Assembly: GCA_039805745.1 (NCBI GenBank) | Contig: JBDLTQ010000036.1 | Coordinates: 1 to 44,293, forward strand | Length of the DNA: 44,293 bases | Direction: 5' to 3' | Source of the DNA: Candidatus Parcubacteria bacterium | Lineage (GTDB): Bacteria; Patescibacteriota; Minisyncoccia; Phycocordibacterales; UBA5272 | Shown: piece after piece, positions 10,554 through 20,515 of the stretch | Position numbering within the stretch: position 1 is the first letter of the stretch | Layout: each line of letters begins with the position of its first letter | Notes under the pieces: model-generated | What the model saw: only the letters and a program-made list of their open reading frames with translations | Told to the model about the DNA's origin: nothing | Databases searched by the model: none | Translations under genes and position numbers: made by a program

Positions 10554-11597
10554 TTATTTTCCGTAATACATCTCTGGACCAATCACTCGCTTATAGCACG
10601 TCTTTTCTGCGACATGATTCCAAAATGGTGATTGATCACCTTCATAGTAATAATTAGAAACTGAATAGTACATATCCGCACTACCGCTTACGATACCTTT
10701 TGTATCCATTACAGCAAGAGTCTGTCCACGAGCATCATAATTACGTGTTGTGGTAAATGTTGCACACAGTTCAAAAATTGCAGATGTAGCCATTTCTTTC
10801 TTATTTGTTACATAATTCATTTTGAAAGTAGGCTGTTGCAAAACAGTATAACCATACACCTCTTTTGTTTCTGGATCAGATGGTACTGTATATCCACCCT
10901 GAAATGCGTTATCAAGCTCCACAAGAGAAAGAGGAAGTTTGTCTGTCATTTGGAAACGATTAAAAACTTCTTGCTGAATACGTGACAGATCGGAAAGACG
11001 TATATTATCTATTTTTTTTGCGCGCATTTCACTTGGTGTACCAATAATAGAAATACTCCAACCTATAGAGACAGCAACAATACCTGTTGCAAGTGCAGTT
11101 ATAATATAAGGCACATACGTCTTTCTTGTATAATCACGACGAAGTGTATAAAAATAATATCCAAATACAGATATCGCTACAACAAACACTGACAAAGCTT
11201 TCAGCTCAAACCGAACCGATAACTCTCCACCTAAGTAGGTATAGACCACTGAGACTAAAGCTCCGATAAGGCTAAGGATAGTTACAAAAAGTGTACAATA
11301 AATAAGAGCTTTTCGTATCCATAAATCCTGCTTAAAAAGAAACTTCTGTATATCCCGAGAAACATACCACGATAAAGCAATATACACAGGAAACATAACA
11401 ACAAGTGATGCGATAGCAAAACGAACATCACTAAATGTCGTATCAACATAATAGGTATATGATAAAAGATCTATAAACTTTCTATCAATAGCAGTGAACA
11501 ACACCTGCAGAATATTTGTCACACTCACAACAAGTGAAATACCGATGCCAAGATAAAGAAACACGTCAAGGGCTTTTGTTTTTGTATCTGTTTGCAT
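10554..11597 (-). CDS. DUF5671-like multi-pass membrane protein
   Basis: About 5 TM helices, then GTPSEMRAKKIDNIRLSDL...DPET...FELCATF; start likely MQTDTK (11597) because the longer ORF touches the divergent gene. Confidence 0.75.
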   Translation of the reverse strand: MQTDTKTKALDVFLYLGIGISLVVSVTNILQVLFTAIDRKFIDLLSYTYYVDTTFSDVRFAIASLVVMFPVYIALSWYVSRDIQKFLFKQDLWIRKALIYCTLFVTILSLIGALVSVVYTYLGGELSVRFELKALSVFVVAISVFGYYFYTLRRDYTRKTYVPYIITALATGIVAVSIGWSISIIGTPSEMRAKKIDNIRLSDLSRIQQEVFNRFQMTDKLPLSLVELDNAFQGGYTVPSDPETKEVYGYTVLQQPTFKMNYVTNKKEMATSAIFELCATFTTTRNYDARGQTLAVMDTKGIVSGSADMYYSVSNYYYEGDQSPFWNHVAEKTCYKRVIGPEMYYGK

Positions 11598-11733
11598 AGT
11601 TTTTGGTAACGTTAATGTATAAAAGAAACGAGAAGCACCAATAAGCACAACCAGAAACGAAAGAACTACTATTGTTAGTACTGTTATTAACATGTCTTTA
11701 ATTTTATCATTTTTATGGTATAGTGAAATCTAT

Positions 11734-12255
11734 ATGAATACTACTCCTCTTACTAAAATTGAGCAACTTGCCCTTTCGGTGACTCGTGGTGTTGGATCTA
11801 TTTGGTCAGTATGCATCCACACTCTTTTATTTAGTGGGGCTTTTATGCTTGTTGTTATTGGCTTCCCTCTTGAAAGAGTACTTCTTGTGCTTACTACTAT
11901 TGTTTCACTTGAAGCTATTTATCTGTCTATATTTATTCAAATGAGTGTTAATTTTCAAGCGCGCGCAATCGCAAGTGTTGAAAAAGAAATTGATGAAATC
12001 GCAGAAGATGTAGAAGGTATCGCAGAAGACGTCGAAGAAATTCAGGAAGATGTGGAAGAAATCGCAGAAGACGTAGAAGATATCCAAGAAAATGTTGAAG
12101 ATATTCAGGAAGATGTGGAAGGAATTAACAAAGACATTGACGAAATCCAAGAAGATGTAGAAGAAATCTCTCACGACGTAGAAGAAATCAATAAAGACAT
12201 TGATGAAATTCAAGAAGATGTAGAAGGAATTCAGAAAGAAGAAATAAAAAAATAG
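11734..12255 (+). CDS. DUF1003-like membrane protein with an acidic heptad-repeat tail
   Basis: LLVLTTIVSLEAIYLSIFIQMSVN motif, then about 12 (I-x-E-D-V-E-x) heptads; start at ATG 11734 after TGGTATAGT. Confidence 0.8.
   Translation: MNTTPLTKIEQLALSVTRGVGSIWSVCIHTLLFSGAFMLVVIGFPLERVLLVLTTIVSLEAIYLSIFIQMSVNFQARAIASVEKEIDEIAEDVEGIAEDVEEIQEDVEEIAEDVEDIQENVEDIQEDVEGINKDIDEIQEDVEEISHDVEEINKDIDEIQEDVEGIQKEEIKK
11989..12240 (+). repeat. Degenerate 21-bp coding tandem repeat
   Basis: Recurrent GAAGA(T/C)GT(A/G/C)GAAG units every 21 nt encoding IAEDVEE/IQEDVEG/INKDIDE. Confidence 0.85.
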
Positions 12256-12265
12256 TGTAGAAACA

Positions 12266-12308
12266 AAAAAAGATGACACTTGAGGAAAACCCGAGTGTCA
12301 TCTTTTTT
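12266..12308. terminator. Bidirectional terminator between convergent genes
   Basis: AAAAAAGATGACACT...AGTGTCATCTTTTTT inverted repeat. Confidence 0.7.
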
Positions 12309-12327
12309 CAACTAATCTCTTTTCTTT

Positions 12328-12681
12328 TTACTCAAACATGTGAAGAACCCAGTTCACCACCGAAAGAACAGCTGCAAAATATATCGCCATAAGTAAATTC
12401 GGTATAGCAAACTCAGGGACAAGTCTATCAGCGAGCAAAATCATAAGTCCATTAATAATAAAAGAAAAAAGACCAAGCGAGAGTAAATTAATAGGAATAG
12501 AAATAAGCATAAAAATAGGCTTAATAGTGTGATTAATCACAGCAATCACAAGAGAAGTAAGAAGGGCTATCCATGCTGTGCCAAATGCTTGAGTAAGCGT
12601 TGCAAAAATGAGAGGCACACCAACACCAGTAATATAACTGGTAATCAAAATAGCAATAGTGCGGACAAAAATATAGTTCAT
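12328..12681 (-). CDS. YvlD-like 4-TMS membrane protein (putative holin superfamily IV)
   Basis: IKPIFMLISIPINLLSLGLFSFIINGLM signature; 4 hydrophobic segments. Confidence 0.85.
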   Translation of the reverse strand: MNYIFVRTIAILITSYITGVGVPLIFATLTQAFGTAWIALLTSLVIAVINHTIKPIFMLISIPINLLSLGLFSFIINGLMILLADRLVPEFAIPNLLMAIYFAAVLSVVNWVLHMFE

Positions 12682-12694
12682 AGAGATATCAAGA

Positions 12695-13078
12695 TTATGA
12701 GATGATAAGCTGTTGCACAGTTCTTAATTCTTCTTCACTTGCTTTATATATATGTTTTTTATCTAGATCATCTGGAGAGTCAGTAGGAATAAGATGAATA
12801 TGCGCATGAGGAACAGCATATCCTTCTACCATCACGCACACCCGTGCGCACCCCAATTTCGCCTTAAGCACTTGAGCCATATACCTTGTGCGATGCATTA
12901 CTTTATCAAATAGCGCTTCATCAAGATCGAAAAGGTAATCTACTTCTTGTTTTGGAATTACAAGGGTGTGACCTTTTTGTATTGGGTTACTATCTAGAAT
13001 TGCACACACATACTCATCTTCATATACCTTATATCCTGTAAGCTCATCATTAATAATTTTAGAAAAAATACTAGACAT
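12695..13078 (-). CDS. HIT family nucleotide hydrolase
   Basis: SIFSKII start, GHTLVIPK, histidine triad HAHIHLIP. Confidence 0.93.
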   Translation of the reverse strand: MSSIFSKIINDELTGYKVYEDEYVCAILDSNPIQKGHTLVIPKQEVDYLFDLDEALFDKVMHRTRYMAQVLKAKLGCARVCVMVEGYAVPHAHIHLIPTDSPDDLDKKHIYKASEEELRTVQQLIIS

Positions 13079-13111
13079 ATATTATAATTATAATATTAAG
13101 TATACATCTGA

Positions 13112-14332
13112 TTATTCGTATCGCAATGCGTCGATTGGATTAAGTTCTGAAGCTTTCTTAGCAGGATAATACCCAAAAGCTACTCCAATAAAACCAGACA
13201 CACCAAAAGCTAAAACAATAGGAAATAACCTTACTTCAGTTTCAAGAATACCTAAAGAAGTAATGGAGAGTGATGCCACAACACCCAATAATACACCAAT
13301 AACTCCCCCTAAGACTGTTATGATGATAGACTCAAACAAAAACTGGCTACTTATATCTTTTTTCCGCGCACCAATTGCTTTACGTAAACCAATCTCCCTT
13401 GTTCTTTCTCTTACATTAGTAAGCATCATATTCATAATACCTATTCCACCAACAAGAAGAGATATTCCTGCTACAGAAGAAAGTAGAATAGTAAACACCT
13501 TGGTCACTGACTGCGCGGTACTTGCAAGATCTGTTTGATTAAAAATACTGAAATCTGCCTGTGTTTCATCATTTATTCCATGAGACTCCATAAGAATCGT
13601 TGTAAGCTCATTCTGAAGCGATGACATATCTTCACTATTTTCTGTTGTGACAGATATTGTACTTAAATACTGACTATTGGAAACATACCTGAAGGCTGTA
13701 GATATAGGTATCACAATTTGATCATCAATACTTCCAAAACCAGAACCACCTTTTGAAACATAGACCCCGACAATGGTAAATTTTACTTTATTTATTGTTA
13801 CTGTCTGACCAACAGCACTTTCCCCAACACCAAATAAATCATCTCTTGTTGTTGGACCAAGTATTGCAACACGAACACTACTTCTCACATCGTCTTCTTC
13901 AAAAAAATCCCCCTCCTCCATCTCTAAAGATTTTATTAAAGCATAGGGAGTATCTGCCCCAACTATTTGAGTGTTTGTATTATTTGATCCAGCAACAACT
14001 TGAGATCGACTACGAAATTCTGGAGAGATATCCTTTGCGAAGGAGGCGTTTTCTTTAATCTCTGACACATCTTTCATAGTAAGAGTTTGTTGATTTGATC
14101 TTCCCATACTTATACCACCAGTTCTATTACCACCTCCACCCATAACTGTAATAACATTTGAACCTAGAGAACTAATACTTGAAGCGATAGAACTTTCAGC
14201 CCCATGACCAATTGCCAACATAACAATAACAGATGCGATGCCGATAACAATACCGAGAACAGTGAGACCTGTTCGTGTTGGATTTGATTGTATAGAAGTA
14301 ACTGTTTCTATATAGAGATCGTGTGTTTTCAT
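13112..14332 (-). CDS. MacB/FtsX-family ABC transporter permease
   Basis: RTGLTVLGIVIGIASVI; GGIGIMNMMLTNVRERTREIGLRKAIGA; YYPAKKASELNPIDALRYE. Confidence 0.95.
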   Translation of the reverse strand: MKTHDLYIETVTSIQSNPTRTGLTVLGIVIGIASVIVMLAIGHGAESSIASSISSLGSNVITVMGGGGNRTGGISMGRSNQQTLTMKDVSEIKENASFAKDISPEFRSRSQVVAGSNNTNTQIVGADTPYALIKSLEMEEGDFFEEDDVRSSVRVAILGPTTRDDLFGVGESAVGQTVTINKVKFTIVGVYVSKGGSGFGSIDDQIVIPISTAFRYVSNSQYLSTISVTTENSEDMSSLQNELTTILMESHGINDETQADFSIFNQTDLASTAQSVTKVFTILLSSVAGISLLVGGIGIMNMMLTNVRERTREIGLRKAIGARKKDISSQFLFESIIITVLGGVIGVLLGVVASLSITSLGILETEVRLFPIVLAFGVSGFIGVAFGYYPAKKASELNPIDALRYE

Positions 14333-14337
14333 ATTTG

Positions 14338-15016
14338 TTATATGTTCTCAGCTATCTTTCCATCTATTATATAAATAATCCTGTCTGCATGAGATGCAAC
14401 ATCTGGCTCATGTGTAATAAGAATAATAGTTCGACCTTCTTCTTTATTTAATTTTTTAAAAGTAGATAATACAATTTCTCCTGTTTTAGTATCTAGATTT
14501 CCTGTTGGTTCATCTGCAAGAATAAGAGCAGGATTGTTAACAAGCGCACGAGCGATAGCAACTCTTTGAATTTGTCCACCAGAAAGCTGATTGGATAGAT
14601 ACCCCCCAACGTTCTTTTGGGAAACCTGCACTTATAAGAGCTTTTTGGGCTATAACTTCACGGTCTTCTTCTTTTATTGAAGTGTTATACATAAGAGGCA
14701 ACATAACATTTCTAAGTACTGTAGTTCTTGGAAGAAGATTAAATGACTGGAACACAAATCCTATTTTTATGCCCCTAATAAGCGCCTGCGCATCATCGCT
14801 AAGTCGAGATACATCTTTTCCCTCCAAAAAGTAAGCACCTTTACTTGGAACATCGAGCAAGCCAAGTATATTCATAATAGTTGATTTACCAGATCCAGAA
14901 GGACCCATAACCGCAACAAATTCACCTTGTTTAATAGAGAAAGAAATATCACTAAGTACATGAGTTACTTCTTCACCTTGGCCGTATGTTTTAAAAATAT
15001 GAGAGAGCTCTATCAT
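14338..15016 (-). pseudogene. MacB/LolD-type ABC ATP-binding subunit, frameshifted at a G6 tract (14602-14607)
   Basis: Walker A GPSGSGKST and GFVFQSFNLL in ORF 14537-15016; [16 protein letters not shown] and ITHE in ORF 14338-14631; removing one G gives ...[16 protein letters not shown]. May be a sequencing error. Confidence 0.85.
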
Positions 15017-15024
15017 AAAAGTTA

Positions 15025-16838
15025 CTAAGGACGAACTTGTGTACTTGGTTGCCTTTGTTGCGCCCCTCCTGGTCTAAAGAGTGATGTGATAGAAGGGGTG
15101 GTGCTTGTTGTTTTTGATGTTGTTGTTTTTTTAATAATTACCCGATCACCTACTTCTAGACCAGAGACTATCTCTGTCTTCCTTCCACCAACTATACCGA
15201 CTGTCACAGGTATTTTAGTAAATACTACTGAGGACGGCACTACAGAAGTTTTTACCACTTGTGAAGAAGTACCTTGCGTGCGGTTTCCTAAGACGGCCAC
15301 AGTAGTCGAAGCTTGGAACCTTTTACGTGTAGAGTCAGAATCTACACCTTGTTGTTGTGAAGAAGATGAGGCAATGGTTTCATTATTATCCTTATAAACA
15401 CCATCCTTGAGTGTCTCATCTGCTTCAACATAATACCCGGAAGCATCTTTCTTTACAGCTGAAGAAGGAAGGACAAGTGCATCATCTTTTTCATTTGTAA
15501 CAATTTCTGCAGAAACGCTCATACTCGGCTTAACACGAACATCATTTGTTTCGAAATAAATTTTTACTTTATAAGTAACTACACCAGAAGTGATAGTGCC
15601 AATTCCATCAATATCAGCAACTGTCCCCGTTGCAGAGACACTCTCAATCGCATCAAAAGATAGCTTAACTGACTGCCCTAAATGAACTTTGGCGATATCT
15701 GATTCATTAAGAGTAATAAGTGCGATTTTTTTATCGGTAACAATCGTTCCAAGAGAGGCTGCACTATTAGACGAAGCAGTAACAGCAGAAAGACCAACTT
15801 GTGCAGAAACACTTGCCATCTGTCCATCAAATGGTGCCACGATTGTATAGTCAGAAAGCATAGCGTATGCATCGGTAAGAGCATTTTCTCTTTGTTTGAC
15901 AACAAGTTCTTGCGCTAGAATAGCATCACTTTTTGCTCCAAATTTTAAATCAGCAAGTTTTTGTGTATATTCTGCAATCTGTCTATCATAATCAGCACTT
16001 GACAGTGATTTATTTTGAATAGCTGTCTGATAAGTATTATAAAGAGAAAGATATGAAGTTGAACGTTTATTAGGAATATCAATAACCCAATTTATAGAAG
16101 ACTGTGGCGCATTAAATTTAATATAAAGACCAGTATCTGCTATAGGTTGTGGAACAACAGTACTGTACTGAACTTGACCATTAACGACCCCAGAAACTGT
16201 AAGCATCGAACCTTCTGTTCCTTGAGATACACCTATGCGAATCTGACCTTCAATTTTTTTGTATATGTTCCAGAAATGGTTGGTGATACTTCTTGTGTAT
16301 AAGAAACATCTGGAAAAGCCTGAATCCCAGACGAAAGAAGGTTCGCATAAGCAGTGTCAACCTGTGTGTCGAGAGAACTCTTAGATGCTTGTATTTTTTT
16401 GATAGCATTTTCTAAAGTGAGTACATCGATTGTTTCTGGTGGGTTCTTTAACTTTACAAGAGACACTTTAGCTTGTTCTAAAGCGAGACTTGCATCTCTC
16501 ACTTGTTTATATGCATCACGAGCATCAAGCCTAAAAAGGACTTGACCTCGCTTGACTTTATCTCCAGGAGAAACAAGAACTTGAGTAACGTTCGCATTTA
16601 CTTTTGGCTTAAGATCTACTTGAGAAGTATTGGAAACCTGCCCTGTTCCAGAAATAGTTTCTTCTGCTTTTCCGTAACGCACATATCCATACTGGACTAA
16701 CATATTATTACCAGACTGGGAACTTAAAAAATAATACACTGTTCCTGCCACACTGGTAATAATAAGGGAGATGATTTTATGACTCGCAACACACCTCTTA
16801 ATAAAATCATAAGCGCGAAACATTTTTTCTTTATACAT
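15025..16838 (-). pseudogene. MacA-like periplasmic adaptor (membrane fusion protein), frameshifted at an A7 tract (16254-16260)
   Basis: First lipoyl half (VSPGDKVKRGQVLFRLD) in 16233-16838; second half (IVAPFDG) and beta-barrel (NESDIAKVHLGQ, VKPSMSV) in 15025-16206; adding one A gives ...YTKKIEGQIRIGVSQGTEGSMLTV. Confidence 0.85.
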
Positions 16839-16922
16839 ATAACTATATATCTGAGATGTTAATCTAAAACCACTACTAAATACATATCAAACTTATTATA
16901 TACTACTATCCCAACTGTTATT

Positions 16923-17516
16923 TTATTTCATTTTTAAAAATGACTTTCGATGAAGTGGTGTGATTCCGTATTGTGTAATCGCCTTATAGTGCGCACTAGT
17001 ACCATACCCAACATTTGTTTCGAAACCATATTCTCCATACTTCTTAGCATATTCACACATCATTGTGTCTCTATATTCCTTCGCATAAATAGATGCGAGC
17101 GATATTTCTAAAATCTTTTCGTCACCCTTAATAATCACTTCGTAGGCATATGTATCAGGAAGAGATAAAGCACCGTCGAGGTATACATACGACTCTTGTC
17201 CAACACCTTGTCTCTCGAGTTCTAGAAGTGCTTGTTGTGTTGCGGCCTTTATTGCAGGTACGATACCTTCATTATCTATCATTTCCACACTTGATTCCCC
17301 TATCCCAAATAGCACTTGTTGTGACTGTGTAAAAGATTCTAGAGCGTGTAAGATTGCCTTACGCTGTTTTTTACTTAGTTTTTTACTATCACGAAGTTTC
17401 TCCTGTGGGTATAAATGTGTGAGACCCACACCAGAAAGCACCGCACACGCGCACACAACAACAGGACCAGCAACTGGACCACGACCAACCTCATCTATCC
17501 CTATAATATAGTTCAT
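16923..17516 (-). CDS. rnhB: Ribonuclease HII
   Basis: GIDEVGRGPVAGPV, DSKKL, IKGD, ISLASIYAK, GYGT, HRKSF; start at ATG 17516. Confidence 0.96.
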   Translation of the reverse strand: MNYIIGIDEVGRGPVAGPVVVCACAVLSGVGLTHLYPQEKLRDSKKLSKKQRKAILHALESFTQSQQVLFGIGESSVEMIDNEGIVPAIKAATQQALLELERQGVGQESYVYLDGALSLPDTYAYEVIIKGDEKILEISLASIYAKEYRDTMMCEYAKKYGEYGFETNVGYGTSAHYKAITQYGITPLHRKSFLKMK

Positions 17517-17562
17517 ATCGATAAGTATAACAGAGTGCTTCATTATCATACCTATACTAAAT

Positions 17563-17596
17563 AGTAAAAAACACTATCTCTATAGTGTTTTTTACT
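17563..17596 (-). terminator. Terminator-like hairpin
   Basis: AGTAAAAAACACTAT-CTCT-ATAGTGTTTTTTACT inverted repeat just after the 17611 stop. Confidence 0.6.
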
Positions 17597-17610
17597 TTAA
17601 TCAAAATAGA

Positions 17611-17838
17611 CTATTGTGCAAATAATTCTTGTAGTTCTTTCTGATGTTTTTTCATGACATCAAGAGCTGCATACATTTCTGGCTTACCTTGCTTTTTGAG
17701 TTCATCTATTTCTTTTGCTATTTGTTCAAATAATTTTGGATTTTTTTCTATCGCACGCTCGAGCATAGCAACTTGTTCTTTTGGGAGGTCTTTTGCTCCA
17801 TACTTAAGTGCTTGTTTAAGAAGAAATTCTTTTATCAT
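17611..17838 (-). CDS. Small helical hypothetical protein (75 aa)
   Basis: Clean ORF on the coding strand with natural composition (IEKNPKLFEQIAKEI), followed by a hairpin. Confidence 0.75.
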   Translation of the reverse strand: MIKEFLLKQALKYGAKDLPKEQVAMLERAIEKNPKLFEQIAKEIDELKKQGKPEMYAALDVMKKHQKELQELFAQ

Positions 17839-17867
17839 ATAATTAACAGTTATTTTCAGTGTATCTA

Positions 17868-18545
17868 CTAATTTGTAGCAGATTCTACTAGTGCTTCCTT
17901 GATAAGCTTATTAAAAGCAGCGAGATCTTTTGGATTATCAAGTTTCTTACCATTTAAGAAAAACGTAGGTGTCCCCTGAACCCCTAGACGAACCCCTTCA
18001 CGAAACTCTGCTAAAATCTTTTCCTCAAGTGAAGAACTATCGTAATCTAAAAGAAACTTTTTAGTATCAAGCCCGAGTGTTGTAGCGTAAGTAAGGAAAA
18101 AATCTCGAGAGTTAAGAGATTCTGACCATTCATCTTGTTTATCATAAAGCATGTCATGCATCTCCCAGAACTTACCTTGCAGAGATGCGGCTTCGGTAGC
18201 CTTAGCAGCAGGGAGTGCATTTCGATGTATCTGAGTAAGTGGAAAATGTTTGTATACAATTTTTAATGTTTCGCTATTATCAGAAAGAACCTGACGTACT
18301 ATTGGTTCATATGCTCCACATGCAGGACACTGAAAATCACCAAACTCAACAAGTGTAACTTTTCCATCTTTCGCCCCACGAACATGATCTGTTGTCGATA
18401 GTACAATCTCAGAAGGTTCACCGTTTGTTGTTATATTATTTGAAGTTGCAAAAAAATAATACCCGAACATAACACCTAGAATTACTGCAATAAAAAAAAT
18501 AAACTTTCCTTGTGGGGTTTTTATAAAACGTGGAATGTATTTCAT
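17868..18545 (-). CDS. DsbA-family thioredoxin-fold protein
   Basis: N-terminal TM; VEFGDFQCPACG, HFPL, GKFWEMHDMLY, GVQGTPTFFLNG. Confidence 0.93.
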   Translation of the reverse strand: MKYIPRFIKTPQGKFIFFIAVILGVMFGYYFFATSNNITTNGEPSEIVLSTTDHVRGAKDGKVTLVEFGDFQCPACGAYEPIVRQVLSDNSETLKIVYKHFPLTQIHRNALPAAKATEAASLQGKFWEMHDMLYDKQDEWSESLNSRDFFLTYATTLGLDTKKFLLDYDSSSLEEKILAEFREGVRLGVQGTPTFFLNGKKLDNPKDLAAFNKLIKEALVESATN

Positions 18546-18659
18546 ATAAAACTTAGTATACCACACAACTACTACTCAAAATAATACTGTTTTAAACAGT
18601 TGTGTATCGGTGTGAGACCTTCGGTTCCATATGCTTCATCTTCTTCTTTCTTGTACCAT

Positions 18660-19499
18660 CTATACAGCAATTTTTCCTAGCTCTATCGCCATAAAGAGTG
18701 GTATCTCTTTTCGTGCCTTATTTTCTGCCTTTTGTTTAGGACCTTTCTCGCTTTCTTTGTGACTTGTCCATTCTTCAAGTCTTGTAATAGCGAGTCCATG
18801 CTTTGCAAATACTTTCATGTAGACCTGAAGCGGTCGATGAAAAGAGACTGTGTATTTTTTGTCATGCTTTTCTCCTGGTGTCATGTCTATCTTTATTTTA
18901 CTTTCACTCATATATTCCTCCACTCTTCGATACTGCTTACCTTCATGGTCATCATACTCCCAGTGCGTATGAGTCGGATTACGAAAAGCTGGATGATTGA
19001 GCACGATATATACCCTACCGTCATCTTTAAGTACACGAGCGATTTCTTTGAGTGTCTCGCTTAGCTTTTCGATGTTTTGAATAGCGAGTACACACACCAC
19101 CACATCTTGCGTCGTATCTTTCACCATGTAGAGGTCGTGTGATGGTGTGGTGAAGTAATGTGCTTGGAATTTTGTATCTTTGTTATTCTTCTCAGCTATC
19201 TCAATAAGTTCTTTTCCTATATCAGCACCGATAACGAACGCTCCAGCATCTACCAAGATACGCGAGAACTGCCCCTGCCCACAGGCAAGATCAAGGACGC
19301 GCTTCCCCTTCACCTCTCCGAGAAGTCGAAGGAGATTCGGATACACCACCTTCATGTGATAGGTATCACTATTTTTCTCTAAGTGTGTGTCATACCACGA
19401 CGCCACACCTCCCCATGAAGTGGTAGTATTATGCGTCTTTTCTTTTATCTCTTTTTTGGATGCACCTTTTTTTGTTGGAACGTGAGACGATTTCTTCAT
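18660..19499 (-). CDS. Class I SAM-dependent methyltransferase
   Basis: VLDLACGQG motif I, EIARVLKDDG; start may be 19499 or 19508. Confidence 0.9.
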   Translation of the reverse strand: MKKSSHVPTKKGASKKEIKEKTHNTTTSWGGVASWYDTHLEKNSDTYHMKVVYPNLLRLLGEVKGKRVLDLACGQGQFSRILVDAGAFVIGADIGKELIEIAEKNNKDTKFQAHYFTTPSHDLYMVKDTTQDVVVCVLAIQNIEKLSETLKEIARVLKDDGRVYIVLNHPAFRNPTHTHWEYDDHEGKQYRRVEEYMSESKIKIDMTPGEKHDKKYTVSFHRPLQVYMKVFAKHGLAITRLEEWTSHKESEKGPKQKAENKARKEIPLFMAIELGKIAV

Positions 19500-19570
19500 G
19501 TGATCCATTCTACAGGAATATGAGGTGAATGGCTAGGATAGGAATAGATTTAAGAGTTAGCACAAAAAAG

Positions 19571-19598
19571 AAATCCCTACATTTTTATGTAGGGATTT
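19571..19598 (-). terminator. Perfect hairpin downstream of the DGR-target-like gene
   Basis: AAATCCCTACAT-TTTT-ATGTAGGGATTT, followed by a U-rich tract on the minus strand. Confidence 0.65.
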
Positions 19599-19661
19599 GA
19601 GACGTATACTATGTTATAACTCTAAAAGGCAATCAAACACCTCAAGAGTTATGGATACAAA

Positions 19662-20255
19662 TTACTTGCGACGGAGGAAGACGAAACGGTGGTAACCGCT
19701 CCAGAAACTGTGAGGGTAGCCGTTGACAGCGCTGAGCCAGCGCTCGCCGCCATCGTGCGTAACGAAGAACAGGCTGAGGTTGCCATCCAAGTCAGTGATG
19801 GGCTCCATCGCAATGATAAGCCATTCACCCTTCGGCTGGTCCGTGTACTGCAAACGTAAGTAAGGACCGACTTCGGGTGGGCAGAGGTCCAGTCCGAACT
19901 CTTGGGCACGGACGTAGATGTCTTTGCGAGTTGCACCATCCTTGAAGCCGAGTTCGGCGACAGAAGCAACGACCAGTTCAACTTCCGTTTTGCTGGTTGT
20001 CGCCGTGAAGGCGGGCTTGCCGAGGATGTCATTTGCCCAGTCGTCAATCTTCATCCCTGCCGACTTTACCGCCTTGCGGAAGTCATCAGCAGTTTGAAGA
20101 CCATTGCCGAGCTTGATGGTTTTCCACGTCTTCCAGACCTTTGCAGTTGCAGAGACAAGGAGTTCGCCAGAAAGAAAACGCTTCACACCTTCCATACCGC
20201 CGAGCTTGTTGACCAATGCTTCCACTTGTCCGAGTGTAAGTTCACCGTATTTCAT
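19662..20255 (-). CDS. Hypothetical protein; putative DGR target (C-type-lectin-like variable C-terminus)
   Basis: Visibly higher GC than neighbours; AGGAG 6 nt before ATG 20255; C-terminus DGNLSLFFVTHDGGERWLSAVNGYPHSFWSGYHRFVFLRRK rich in NNC/NNT codons. Confidence 0.75.
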   Translation of the reverse strand: MKYGELTLGQVEALVNKLGGMEGVKRFLSGELLVSATAKVWKTWKTIKLGNGLQTADDFRKAVKSAGMKIDDWANDILGKPAFTATTSKTEVELVVASVAELGFKDGATRKDIYVRAQEFGLDLCPPEVGPYLRLQYTDQPKGEWLIIAMEPITDLDGNLSLFFVTHDGGERWLSAVNGYPHSFWSGYHRFVFLRRK

Positions 20256-20419
20256 TATCTTCTCCTTGAGCTGTTTGCTCATTGGTTTCTCACTGTCCGT
20301 GAGTAAAGGAGCTATAACTGTACGTAGTCATAGCCAGAAAATCTCGCAAAGAATGTTTCTGTACAAGGTCTTTTGGCTATGACTACTGTCGTAAGCAATA
20401 CTGTCAATGAACTATAAAT

Positions 20420-20447
20420 AGTATACACTAAAATACTATTTTGTCAA
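20420..20447 (-). promoter_or_regulatory. Sigma-70 promoter for the 19662-20255 gene
   Basis: TTGACA-16 nt-TATACT on the minus strand. Confidence 0.65.
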
Positions 20448-20515
20448 GCAATTAAAGCCTGAAATCGCACTATAAATAAAACATACTTAATGTATATAAG
20501 CTAGAAAATTAAAAC

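Noticed and set aside
11989-12240. Possible CRISPR array
   Set aside because: Repeats are contiguous, degenerate at codon third positions, in frame in a protein and have no spacers; no cas operon nearby
12328-12681. Prophage suggested by a holin-family gene
   Set aside because: YvlD-like proteins are common chromosomal genes; no lysin, capsid, terminase or integrase nearby
19649-20382. Overlapping ORFs 19649-20047, 19902-20306 and 20104-20382
   Set aside because: Expected by-products of higher GC; only the 19662-20255 frame has an SD and a protein-like sequence
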